Assembly: GCF_003918875.1 (NCBI RefSeq)
Contig: NW_025765891.1
Span: forward strand, 3,596,001 to 3,660,000
From: Haliotis rubra
Lineage: Eukaryota
Length of the DNA stretch: 64,000 nucleotides
Direction of reading: 5' to 3'
Part shown: piece by piece, positions 1 to 12,335 of the stretch
Layout of the letters: each line of letters begins with the position of its first letter
Numbering within the stretch: position 1 is the first letter of the stretch
Translations under genes and position numbers: made by a program
Notes under the pieces: model-generated
Told to the model about the DNA's origin: nothing
What the model saw: only the letters and a program-made list of their open reading frames with translations
Databases searched by the model: none

Positions 1-1130
1 AGCATCTACCCTGAATGTGAAGTGTATGCTGCTAAACTACTTGCCCACACAATCTACCCACGGTCACCTTCAACATCATAGCATTTCAACCACCAACAAC
101 ATTGACGGTATTGTCAAACCATTGTGTCTCGATGCGACGATTGTGTGGAGTGCCTTACCCAAACCCTTGCCATACAAGCCCTCCCCTTAGACTGCTTCAA
201 GGGCGTGTGTCCAATCTCTGGCATGGTCTTGCAATGCAGATGTTTCCAGCTTAACACACATGCAGTTCTCGTCGTAAACAAAAGCTATTGAGATAAATCT
301 GGGCTAAACAACAACGCCGTTTGTTAGTAAGGTGCGTGGTTTCTTGAGGACCCTTCATGAAGTCAATGAATTATTTGATAAGAGTAGAGGCGGGTTCTCG
401 TCGGGGGATGGAGTGAGTGACGTGGAGGAGAGGGGTGGGGACGAATTTGACAGTGGTTATTTCACCCCCATCATTTACGAGGTGGGGTTAAGAGAGGGAA
501 GAAAGGTGAGTGGTGTAAAGAGATTGTGATTGTGGTACAGATTGGTAATTTCGTGACTAAGCAGACAACACTTGTGTTCTTAACATGTCCAGCACTCACG
601 TCTCGTGGTAACGGGGAGTTATATTTGTTAAAGAAAATTGCCATTGTATGGACTAATTATTACTGAAGGAGTTCAGGGGTTATCTAACGACTTAATGCAT
701 ATTTGAAAATTCTTCTCAGTTTTTAAAGGCAAATTCACTTACTGATATTTTTAAAGGATTTTCACAAATATACATTAAAAATCAATATCTCGTAATTTGT
801 CATTCTTATAAGTTTTTTTCACCTTTGAATTGTACCGTTAGGGTACACGTCGTCCAATTACTCCCTCATCAATGCCGGTTACAATTATACATTACACACC
901 TGGGCCCGGTTGTTCAATACTCGGTTATCTTAACCGCCGGTTAACTCCTAACGGCCGGTTAAATCCTTAACCGGCCGTTAGGTAACCGAACGTTAAATAT
1001 GCGTTGTTCAAAACATGATAGTGATGCCGTTAGCTAACGTCGCCGTCAAAGTTTAATAGTATGGTTAACGTCACTGGTTAGCTTTCATATATCCCACAAT
1101 TCCGTTTTCTGTTTACTTCCGATTACCAAA

Positions 1131-1415
1131 ATGGAATCGCGAAATGTCGCCTGCACCCCAAGGAAAAAGAGAAGTCGAAATTTCCCTGCTGACGATGAGA
1201 ATGTAATCCAGTCAATGGTTGAGACCAACTCTATAGTTTATGACAGGCATGCGAATGTCGTAGCGCTACGAACGCTTGTATTGGAACACAAGGTTCCAGA
1301 CGTTTGCATATATATTTCAAAGAAATATGATCCCAGCTCTGTGTGGGACTTCAATTCCGACAACAGAAAAGACATCTTAATGAGAAACTATAGCACAGCT
1401 ATACATAAAATATGA
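1131..1415 (+). pseudogene. N-terminal remnant of the Harbinger Myb/SANT-like accessory protein
   Basis: RKKRSRNFPADDENVIQSMVE resembles the K/R-R-x-x-N-F-x-x-x-E start of NAIF1/Myb-SANT-like Harbinger ORFs. It sits ~230 bp inside the left TIR, and similarity seems lost after ~35 aa. Confidence 0.55.
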
Positions 1416-2460
1416 TGAATCCATGAAAATACATGTAATATTAATAGTAGAAGCATGTTTTCAGTGGATAGAATATTTACAATTATTACAAACAGGAGTT
1501 ACGCTTAGACGGCTAGATCTACAGTCTTAATGTATCTTTGAATTCCCACAAGACCTATCGCTCTTTTCACTACTTAAATTGTCATGACAGTATGGCCAAG
1601 TCATTAAGATGCTATCAATTATCATTTATTAATTATTTGCCAAGTCTGTCAAAAATTGTAATGTATGAACACACATTGCCAAATCTTTTTTTACATCAAA
1701 CCATATAGATGTTGTGACGATTATAATACCATTAGCTTTTTATCTGAAATATGCATTCAATGCCAATAGAAACTTAATATGTTACTAGCACCACGTGAAA
1801 GTAATCAAACTGTAATTGTACTATAGGCCCCAGGGCCAACACTGCTGAATAGAATCGATCTATTATTCGACCTTACTGTTGACAGGAATCCCATGAATAA
1901 AACTGTGCGATATCGTCATTATCTGAACGCCTTCACAGATGCATATTCCGGAAAGATGTCTTGAAAAACATGAAGGTGCGTCTAATTTATAGATGAACAT
2001 AATATCCTCGATACTCATTAATCAGATGAACCTTCATTTATTTAATTCACAAGTGACTGCAGAAAATGCATAATTATTTTTTTTTATGACTTCAAGGACG
2101 GAAAACATGTATTATATTTCATAAGTGTATTATAGAACGCTGCAACGATTCGGCAGAGAAATACTATTGTGCCATTGTATTCCTTATATAAACTACATCA
2201 GTGTTTAACATTAGCATTCAGATATTGTTATAAAATAAGTTTAAAATTCCAAACATTATCGTGTAAAATGACAAGAGATAGTGTTGTGTTCGCTGTGACA
2301 TAAAGGTTTCGATATTCAAATATAACATTTAATCAAAGTGACTACGAAGTAGGCCTGCAAATCACTCACAACTCACAACGTTTCGCTAAGGCCGGTATTG
2401 AGACGCCAATTACATCACATATATTTCATATTCAGCGGCGACAAATGCATCACTGAATTA

Positions 2461-3167
2461 TAAGGCTGGGACGGGTACTATGGTACCCGAATCCGGGTGG
2501 AATCGGGTGGAATCGAGTCCTATTTCTAGGAATCGGGTACCCGGAGAGGGAGAGAGCATTTACATCATTGAGTGAGTGAGTGAGTTTAGTTTTACGCCAC
2601 ACTCAGCAATATTCCAGCTATATATGGCGGCGGTCTTTAAATAATCAAGTCTGGACGAGACAATCCAGTGATCAACAACATGAGCATCGATGTGGATACG
2701 ATGACATGTGTCAACCAAGTCAGCGAGTCTGACCACCCGATCCTTTTACGACAAGCATGGGTTACTGAAGATCAATATTCTAACCCGGAAATTCACGGGT
2801 TTTTACATCATTGGTATTGTCCGATTAATGGAGCATAGTTTTAATGACTGTAATTTATCTATGCATTTGCAGTGAGTAGTTAAGTTACAGTAGCAGCAGG
2901 AACGAAACGTTCGTTGTTATAACGAGGAATGTAAGTAATGATGTTACTCTCTATATTGGTTAAACAGACGTAAATTAAATAGCTTGAGGTCAGTTTTAAT
3001 GTCTTATTACCACTTTTTCAAGTTTTCTATAATAGTTTCTGTCAAATCGTGATTGAATATTCAGAGGTTGACCCGAATGTTTTCTTACATTTCCGGGTAC
3101 TCGATTCCGATTCGGGTAAGTACATGCGGGTACTCGATTCCATTTTTTCCTACTCGTCCCAGCCCTA
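2461..3167. mobile_element. hAT-like MITE nested in the Harbinger element
   Basis: TIRs TAAGGCTGGGACG / CGTCCCAGCCCTA. 8-bp TSD CTGAATTA (2453-2460) / CTGAATTC (3168-3175). Subterminal GGAATCG(A/G)GT repeats. Confidence 0.8.
2571..2800 (-). mobile_element. Short retroposon family B (non-tRNA structured head, (ACTC)n tail), nested in the hAT MITE
   Basis: 12-bp TSD TTTACATCATTG at 2559-2570 and 2802-2813. Homologous to the copies at 26530 and 50528. Confidence 0.85.
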
Positions 3168-4058
3168 CTGAATTCCTCATACATTTTAGAATCTAATTAC
3201 AACTGGTCTTTGTCACCAATACCAAGTGTCTAGATAAACTGAAACGAAAGATATTGGGGGTGGAAACAAATGCTGTGCTCGAAAGACAACACCTGTTTGA
3301 AATGTAAACAAAGAAAATTTCAGACTTTATACTGTGTAGCATTTTCTCAAATTTTCAGACACGCATTTGCATGGAAAGAGCATAGTAGCCAGAAATGGGA
3401 AATTAAAAATAGATACAATACAGGAATGTGATATGTTTATACGAAACTGTCAAGTTTCTGTGCAGCGTGACGCCATGACTGACGCAAAATCACGCAGAAC
3501 GACAACGGTAATAATCGGCATTTCTGGCCGCTTCTTCTCTTTCTTTAAATGAAAACGATAAAAACATGTAACAATACACAGATAGTCAGAATCATTCTGA
3601 TTACTTATATCCCATATTTATATACAAACGATCCCTGAATCAAGGGAAGGGTCCTCGCAAAACCCATGTCAGCCGCCATTTTTAAAGAAATCTCAACGGT
3701 AGTGATGTCATACGTCAACATTGTATTTCTCTGAGGTGAAGGTCGGTAGAATAAGAGTATACACAATCACCATATCCCGCCGATCACACTTTCAGTATCA
3801 TAATGTAATGATTCGGATATTTTTTCATGAAACTAATTTAATTATCTACATTTAGCCTTGTTCAATATCATATCATACGTGGGTATAGGGTGTACGTGTT
3901 TGATTCTTTGAAAGTGTTTGTTTGAATAATATTTACAGAAGAAATTCACACATTTAGTGTAGTAAAACATATATAAACCTTTACACAAGTGTTAAAAGAT
4001 GAAACGTAGGCATCATGTTCTTGTACAACATGAATTTTAGTTCCTATGAAGTGCATAG

Positions 4059-4181
4059 TTACAGTTTCGTATGTAACTCTTCGTCCGAATAATTTCCAGT
4101 ATCGAAGTCCAGTCCGCGATACACCCTATCCTTTCTTTGCTGAACTGGCCTCATGAAAGCAGTGTTAGCCATGAACGCCAT
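4059..4181 (-). pseudogene. N-terminal remnant of Harbinger transposase (40 aa)
   Basis: Hand translation MAFMANTAFMRPVQQRKDRVYRGLDFDTGNYSDEELHTKL* resembles the R-x-x-R-V-Y/F-R...Y-S-D-E-E-L start of HARBI1-like transposases. It lies just inside the right TIR. Confidence 0.55.
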
Positions 4182-6049
4182 TTGCGGGTTAACCACACTG
4201 TTAAAAAGTTAGCGGCGGTCCTTAGGTGTGTTAACTTAACGTCACGTTAACAACCTGTTTAAAGTTAACAGAGTTTTGAACAACAAGATAACCCTCTGTT
4301 ATTAGTTAACGGTCGGTTAAATGTACTTAACGGCTGGTTAAAAGATAACCGAGTTTTGAACAACTGGGCCCTGTATGTTAAGTAGTCACGCACCAGGTGA
4401 GAAATCGAGCTGGGAGAGGTTGATCATATAGTAACGTCTAAGGTTGAATTAGTGTGTAACGTTAAGTGTTTCCATGACGCTATAATGTTTATTGTTTATA
4501 AAATATATGTGCATCGTTTTAGCAAATGTGATGATTGTACGGATCATTGAGGATATCAAACTTCACTGTGACATTATCTTGCCGTATAGTTCTCTGTTGA
4601 CTTTATGGTATATATTACATACAAGACGTTAACTTACATGAGTCGAGGATGCTGCAAGACAGCCATACAGTGACGTCAGATCACTGTCAGTCTGTAGAGT
4701 CAGAATTGTAGGTGTTAACAGTAACAGTTGTAACACACGAAAATAAACCGTGAAATAGAGGCGTGACTTTGTTTTTTACAGTTCACCTGTAAACTTATCG
4801 AAAATGGATTTTCGATTAATCGAACCGAATCGTTGCAGCCCTTGTCATTACAGCGTCTCAACGTGTCATCTGCACATTGGTAACGGGCACCGGTTTCAAC
4901 GTGCATGAACAACAACGACAAACTATTCAATATTATTTATTAAATGGGATATTTACAAATATGTATCGGTAACATGTTGCAGTATTACAGTTACTCCAAA
5001 TACTTGTTATAAAAGGATATGTGCAACGTAACGAGTGGTAGTTTTGACAATAGTGGACAAGTCCTCCTGTACACTGTACTGTATTACAACTTTAGGACTT
5101 GATATAAGATGATAATTAACCCGTCTTCACATGTGGTCAAAAGATTATCGTAACTGAAACAGAATGAGGCTGAAGCACAGTACCCCACACCACAAGTTAC
5201 AATTTTAATCTAGCCTACACACACGCGTTGACACTAACATGCACACACTTACTCTCGCACGCACGCATCCACACACATACGCGAAGCTACACTTACTCGA
5301 TACATCTAAGAGGAAAATGTTATATTCAGTTACTTAGGAGTTAATCAAGAGCCTAAAGCCTCATTGCAAATCTCGATAAGTATCACAACTGATGGTGACC
5401 CATACAATCGATATATTATTGCCAATACAAATGTGCATCAGTGCCCACGCCAACATCGATCTAGCCGTCAGTTTTATTGTCAGAGACGTGAACTGTCCTT
5501 CATGCATAAATCACCACCCGCTGTATAATACATGTCTTCACTATTCTAACAATTATACCGACATAGCACTTGTCTGGAGTATGTCTATTGTCTCATGTCT
5601 CACTTGTCTCTGCGTTAGAGCACATGCGTGTCTTGCCCTCAGACTATTAGTTTCAAGTTCGTTGAAAATTGATCATAAGGAAGCGGCAACTTTATCGTTT
5701 GAGCACATGGATATCTTCATCACTGAATCACCACAAGATTCTTTATCTCAGGACAAGGAGGCGACCCTGTTGAGATGTGCCTCTTACACCTGGGCCATTG
5801 AGAGTCACATTTTTGTCAGCTGAGCTTTCGTAAATCTTTATCGATTTAATACATGAACATCTTGCCTTTATCAATGTCTTTATGCATTCGATAATCGTTG
5901 TCGACTTAAGCACACGAGAGTCAGCTGAACCAGAGCTTGTCCAACGAAGCACCATGAGATCATCCGTCCGAGCACACGTTTAGCACTTGAGAGCATCACC
6001 AGAACCAACCAATCACGCACATCATAGAAACATCTTGTGGGACTTTCCC

Positions 6050-6262
6050 CTAAGACAAGCCGTGGTGTAAGTATGTCTGGAAGTAAGGGTAGGATGGCGG
6101 GACTGGGGCGGGACACGGGTTCACTGGGTAATGGCGGGTAGCTTGCAAAAGTCGGAGAATGTTCTGAGTTGCTACAGTCTCTGCCTTGGAGTCCTTCGCC
6201 TCGGCCTCCCGCTCCCGGTCCCGTTTATACTTAGTACGGCGGTTCTGGAACCACACCTTCAC
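6050..6262 (-). CDS. Vax: Vax homeobox protein, last exon (homeodomain helix 3 and C-terminus)
   Basis: Acceptor ctacag|GTG. Encodes VKVWFQNRRTKYKRD and AETVATQNILRLLQ, similar to the post-homeodomain motif of vertebrate Vax. Ends at a TAG stop. Confidence 0.93.
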   Translation of the reverse strand: MKVWFQNRRTKYKRDREREAEAKDSKAETVATQNILRLLQATRHYPVNPCPAPVPPSYPYFQTYLHHGLS

Positions 6263-6369
6263 CTGTAGGGGAGAAAGAAATATTATTTATTGATCGCATC
6301 AAAACAACTGAAAGTATTTGAGGACTGCATACCTACAGCTATGACACGATACATTCCTCCCGATTTGGA

Positions 6370-6610
6370 ATTGTTTGTCATGAGAGGCGACCAACAGGAT
6401 TGGGTGGTCAGACTCCCTGGATTGGTTGATAACCCAGTTGGCCATTTGAGAATGTAATATGCCATTGTGTAGCTGGACTAGGTGTGTGTCCACGACAGCT
6501 AATCAGGATCAATGGTAACACCTGCAGATTGTATAATTGTGATAAACACTACAGGTATCTGTTGATTACTCAGCCGCCTTAAGGATTGCTGGAGGTGGCG
6601 TTGCCAAACA
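6370..6610 (+). mobile_element. Diverged retroposon family B copy in Vax intron 2
   Basis: TGTCATGAGAGGCGACCAACAGGATTGGGTGGTCAG matches the family B body. Boundaries approximate. Confidence 0.6.
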
Positions 6611-6665
6611 CAATAGAAACTAAGGACGTGAAATATTCCATGAGACAACAAGACACCTCTCATAC

Positions 6666-6853
6666 CTGAGTCTCGGACAACTTGAGCCTCTTGGCGAGTT
6701 CCGTCCGCTCTTTGCCCACTAAGTACTGGTTCCTCTGGAATTCCTGTTCCAGCTTGTACAGCTGCTCCGATGAGAATGTCGTCCTCGCCCTCTTAGGACG
6801 GTCCAAGTCCAGGGCCTTGGGGAACACCAGCTCCTTCACCATTCCGTTAGGAT
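6666..6853 (-). CDS. Vax: Vax homeobox protein, exon 2
   Basis: ctaacag|AT CCT ... ACT CAG|gtatg. Encodes (D)[62 protein letters not shown]. [11 protein letters not shown] is diagnostic of Vax. Confidence 0.95.
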
Positions 6854-9800
6854 CTGTTAGGAGAGAGGGAGAGATTGAGAGTTGTACGCCTCTTTCAGCA
6901 ATAGTATAGGAATATCACGGGGAGAACATCAGAACCCATGAATGGAACCGAACCAACTGCTTCGCCTTGGCGAACGAACACTTTGACCACATTCTAAATT
7001 ACCGTCGCTAACCAAGTTTATGAGAAAGATGTAATGTATGGATGAGAATACCGCAGTCAGTGCTATTTCAGCTAAGTAAATCAAATTAAGTAAATTGTCG
7101 GTGACATACAAGCTAGTGACTGAAAGCATGAACAATGGTCTATTCAATCAGACAAGTAATAAAGTGTGGCCATACTACCGGCATTTACAACCAGCATGGG
7201 GTGCAAGGGAAATATTTAAGTTCTTACTTAGAGTAGTTGTGATTAAGGTTTGTGAGTGAAAAACAATTCCCTGCACAATCGTGATCAGAAAATAATTGAA
7301 ACTCCACATACACCATGGTATAGTTGTGTCTTCATTTTTCATTACAATACACTGTTATGGTTTAACATAACTGAGACTATGATATGGATTTTATACAACT
7401 CTTAGAAGATATCCAGCAGCAGCAGCACTGTCAGGTACCACAGAAAAACATGCTTCACCTATCACCACGACAGGAACCGAACCCTTTTGTGTGATGATCA
7501 AACGCTGTAACAACTGTGCCACCCCTCTCCCTCCCTCAACCGCATCAACTACGAAGACATGTATGGTATGACTGACGTATCAAGTGTTTAACCATTGCCA
7601 TTTGTTTGTTTTCCGGGATATTGGCATGAGAATCAACAACCCTGTTGTAATTCAGTGTTTATGACATGTGCGCTGTTGACGTCCTTTTGGAATTCGTGCC
7701 ATTCTTTCATTACTGAGCCATTAACTTACAGCAGATGTTCCAAGACACGTTTATTATAGGTCCCGGTGAATACATAATCATATTCATTACAAAGGATATT
7801 GCACACCAGAAATGTCCTGCCATAACTCTTATGACTTAGAGAAACCAGGGTAATTTTATCGACATCGCTGCTATATAATTTTCGCTCCTGAAACTAATAG
7901 AATTTCCTAATTGGGGTTGTCATGGTAGGTTTTTCCCCAACCCCCTTTCTCCTTCTTGTCAACATGAAAAGACCACTTTATCAAATATTTCATCCTCACA
8001 TCATTCACAATAATCTCTTGATGTGTCCAACATTCGTCTGAAACATCCGCACGGGGCTCCTGGAACCACCAGGCTGTTGGCAAGTTATTCAAAGCCTCTG
8101 CTCTTCACCCACAGAGATTTTTTCACAATACTAACAAACAATATCCATCAAACCACCAGCGTCATCGTTTGTACTCAAGCCTCAATCGAACTCCGCCAAA
8201 GCACTATGGACGTGCCTCGACGGTCGGCTGTAAACCTTTGCAACAAAACCAGCGATTCTAGAAGTTTCGTTTATTGCATTCCCCCGACAACTGCTATTAT
8301 AAAACATTTAGTTAGTGTAATTGTAACTGGTCTATCTCGAGTCTTCGTCTTCATAACGGATAATTAGCCCGTCGCTGAGGGGGGCACTTTCTAAGCTCGT
8401 CCGTCCTGCTGAGTTAATTATTGAGTTGGGGCCGTGTCACCAATCTTTTTGTGTGTAAACATTTTGTAAGCCCGTCATCTCATGGAGCCCGAGTTCGCGC
8501 GGTTGTGTTATTAAAGCATAACGTACAGGGATCGTTACAAAACCTGTCACTTATCCTTTCTTAGAAAATAAAACGAACTCAGGCAGATCCTTCCAACATT
8601 TTGTGGAAAAAAAATCAAACTTTCAAACTCTTTTCGAGTGTACAACCTGACACCTAGTTCGTAATAAAATGTCCACAACTTAACATTTTAATATGAATTA
8701 ATTGTTATATGGTCCCCCAACTTAAAGGACAGCGCGAAATCGTAAATAAGCCAGCATCAAAAGTTGAAATAATGAGCATTTCAACATCTTATCAAAGGGA
8801 GATAACTGAAGATGAATGAATAGTGCGGTTTCGGAACAACGATATTTTGGGTGAGAAACTGAACGTATTGAGATACCCTTATTATCAGTTAAATCTGGTA
8901 ATTATGGGTGATAATAGGCTGACTGATTATAGAAAATAAGGGAATAATAGCCTAGTCACAGGCAGACAGTATCTGTTATTTGACAAAAGACATGTCATTA
9001 GCAATTTGACAATCCGGTTTACAAAATGGTGAGAAATGTGTATTCTACAAGAAACAAAATTGAAATTTCCTGTTAGTGTCGGTATTAATGCGAGATGCCA
9101 TGATTCATTAAACTGGAGTTAATTATTCTTGAAATCATATCCTTATCTTAAGCTGTCAAAAGGGTTGATTTTATGGCAAGGAACATCTGGTTTTCAGGAA
9201 GTTCTGACAGGCGGTAGACATTACTGACGTGGATAATTCATGCCGGAAAGGACAGGTTCAATTATCGACAAGCACTCCAAGTTTCCAAACAACATAGCAA
9301 CGCCTATATTTTAGGGAAATTCTTTATTTTTAAGGAAATGTTATAATGATTGGGGTATTTTGGTGCAGTTAATGGCTTGAAGACATGTCAGATGCATTGG
9401 CTTTCTATCACATCGGAACCTTCTCCGATGTGACCTGGGTTCCCGAAGGTGTGCCACATTTACGAAATGGGCAAAAAAGGCGTCGCGCATCGTAATAGAA
9501 AAAACATATAAGATAGCTTCTGAAACATCCAACAAGACAAACTCTATATCTTTACACACTAAGTTAAGGACCATCCGGTTCTTCTATATTAATGTAGTTA
9601 ATCTGCCATGCCAAATTTCTAATGTTGGATTGACAAAGGATGTTTTTATAGAAATCAAACAGAAACAAATGTTTCACGTATATTGAGCAATATTGATTCG
9701 ATGCATCATAACACTCAAAACACAAACACAGAAGGCTCGTGTAAGTTTTCAATATCTAATTCAATAATTCGTCCTCATATTTTAACATGACAACACACTG

Positions 9801-10692
9801 AGCTCGTGGGATCACACTGTCGACATGGCTGCACTTATTTGTCATACATTTCATACACAAACAACGTCTATTGAATAATATCATAATTCAACGAATACAG
9901 CCAACTTAACAGAAGATGTATTGGACCCATGCATGATTTCAAGGCAGTTATTTCATAGTAAACAGAAAGCCACTGTTTGACTGGGCATCTATTCTAGAGA
10001 TTACAGCTACGAAACGATCAAGTAGATAACTAAACTTAAGAAATCAACACAAAGTCTATAATTATGACTTGTTTGCAAAATTCTGACAAAGATGTATTTA
10101 CATCCCATTGAACATAGGGCGGACGTCTATATACGATGCATTTTGAATACTTGAACTTTCCCTTTCTATTGAATATTAGCTCGCAGCCAGCCTTTTGTCA
10201 ATTACTATATAAACCGTTTGAGATAAATTTGTTCAAACATTCGTATGTTAACTTTTCAGTTCGTTGTTTGAGTAATATCTGTATCAGGAGTTACCACTTG
10301 AACTGCAGTGTATGATCATCTTACTGCCACACCAACATGGAACTATTATAACCGGAATTCTCCAGTTTACGACATGTGGTATGCACTGATGCTTGGCACC
10401 ACATCGATTAGAGGCCAAACATTTTGAAACAAATACCAGTGTTAGTGTTTATAATTAATGTCGGTGTGATTTCCACCTGGGCCAACAAGTGTACAATGAG
10501 TGATCATTAATGATTGAGTGCATGTTGTTTAACGCCGCTGTTGGCTCGTACTGACGGCTTGTAACATGGAGTATGGTGATGTAACCAACCTAGACAGACA
10601 CTGACAACCCCAAGCTTTGCTTTGTTGCCGCTGATATCGGGGGTCTTTTCTGACCAGGAATTGTTAATTTGTATGTACCAGAGTACTGAACT

Positions 10693-12335
10693 TAAGGCAC
10701 ATATCACATGTAAACTATGCCTATTTCTATGGTATAAGGCACACATCACATCTAAAATATGCTTATTTCTATGGTATAAGGCACATATCACATGTAAAAT
10801 ATGCTTATTTCTATGGTATAAGGCACATATCACATGTAAAATATGCTTATTTCTATGGTATAAGGCACATATCACATGTAAAATATGCTTATTTCTATGG
10901 TATAAGGCACATATCACATGTAAAAATATGCTTATTTCTATGGTATAAGGCACATATCACATGTAAAAATATGCTTATTTCTATGGTATAAGGCACATAT
11001 CACATGTAAAAATATGCTTATTTCTATGGTATAAGGCACATATCACATGTAAAATATGCTTATTTCTATGGTATAAGGCACATATCACATGTAAAAATAT
11101 GCTTATTTCTATGGTATAAGGCACATATCACATGTAAAATATGCTTATTTCTATGGTATAAGGCACATATCACATGTAAAATATGCTTTTCTATTTCTAT
11201 GGTATCAGGCACATATCACATTATGCTTATTTCTATGGTATAAGGCACATGTCACATGTAAAATATGCTTATTTCTATGGTATAAGGCACATATCACATG
11301 TAAAATATGTTTATTTCTATGGTATAAGGCACATATCACATGTAAAAATATGCTTATTTCTATGGTATAAGGCACATATCACATCTAAAATATGTTTATT
11401 TCTATGCTATAAGGTACATATCACATGTAAAAATATGCTTATTTCTATGGTATAAGGCACATATCACATGTAAAATATGCTTATTTCTATGGTATCAGGC
11501 ACATATCACATCTAAAATATGCTTATTTCTATGGTATCAGGCACATGTCACATGTAAAATATGCTTATTTCTATGGTATAAGGCACATATCACATGTAAA
11601 ATATGTTTATTTCTATGGTATAAGGCACATATCACATGTAAAAATATGCTTATTTCTATGGTATAAGGCACATATCACATGTAAAATATGCTTATTTCTA
11701 TGGTATAAGGTACATATCACATGTAAAAATATGCTTATTTCTATGGTATAAGGCACATATCACATGTAAAATATGCTTATTTCTATGGTATAAGGCACAT
11801 ATCACATGTAAAATATGCTTATTTCTATGGTATCAGGCACATATCACATGTAAAATATGCTTATTTCTATGGTATAAGGCACATGTCACATGTAAAATAT
11901 GTTTATTGCTATGGTATAAGGCACCTATCACATCTAAAATATGCTTATTTCTATGGTATAAGGCACATATCACATGTAAAATATGCTTATTTCTATGGTA
12001 TAAGGCACATATCACATGTAAAATATGCTTATTCCTATGGTATAAGGCACATATCACATGTAAAATATACTTATTTCTATGGTATAAGGCACATATAACA
12101 TGTAAAAATATGCTTATTTCTATGGTATAAGGCATATATCACATGTAAAATATACTTATTTCTATGGTATAAGGCACATATCACATGTAAAATATACTTA
12201 TTTCTATGGTAAAAGACACATATCACATGTAAAATTATGCTTATTTCTATGGTATAAGGCACTTATCACATGTAAAAACATGCTTATTTCTATGGTATAA
12301 GGCACATATCACATGTAAAAACATGCTTATTTCTA
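10693..12335. repeat. 42-bp tandem repeat (~39 copies) in Vax intron 1
   Basis: Unit AAGGCACATATCACATGTAAAATATGCTTATTTCTATGGTAT, with 43-bp variants carrying an extra A. Confidence 0.97.

Larger units (their letters stand above)
903..4370. mobile_element. PIF/Harbinger DNA transposon, internally deleted non-autonomous copy
   Basis: TIRs GGCCCGGTTGTTCAATACTCGGTTATCTT.. (903) and ..AAGATAACCGAGTTTTGAACAACTGGGCC (4370). 3-bp TSD CTG at 900-902 and 4371-4373. Subterminal GTTAAC/TTAAC-rich repeats and convergent stubs of two ORFs. Confidence 0.85.

Noticed and set aside
5392-5823. 143-aa plus-strand ORF downstream of Vax
   Set aside because: No motif or splice support. It is antisense to the probable Vax 3' UTR and likely a chance ORF.
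10507-12262. Repetitive ORFs (HILHVICALYHRNK etc.)
   Set aside because: They are translations of the 42-bp satellite, with frames broken by 43-bp units.
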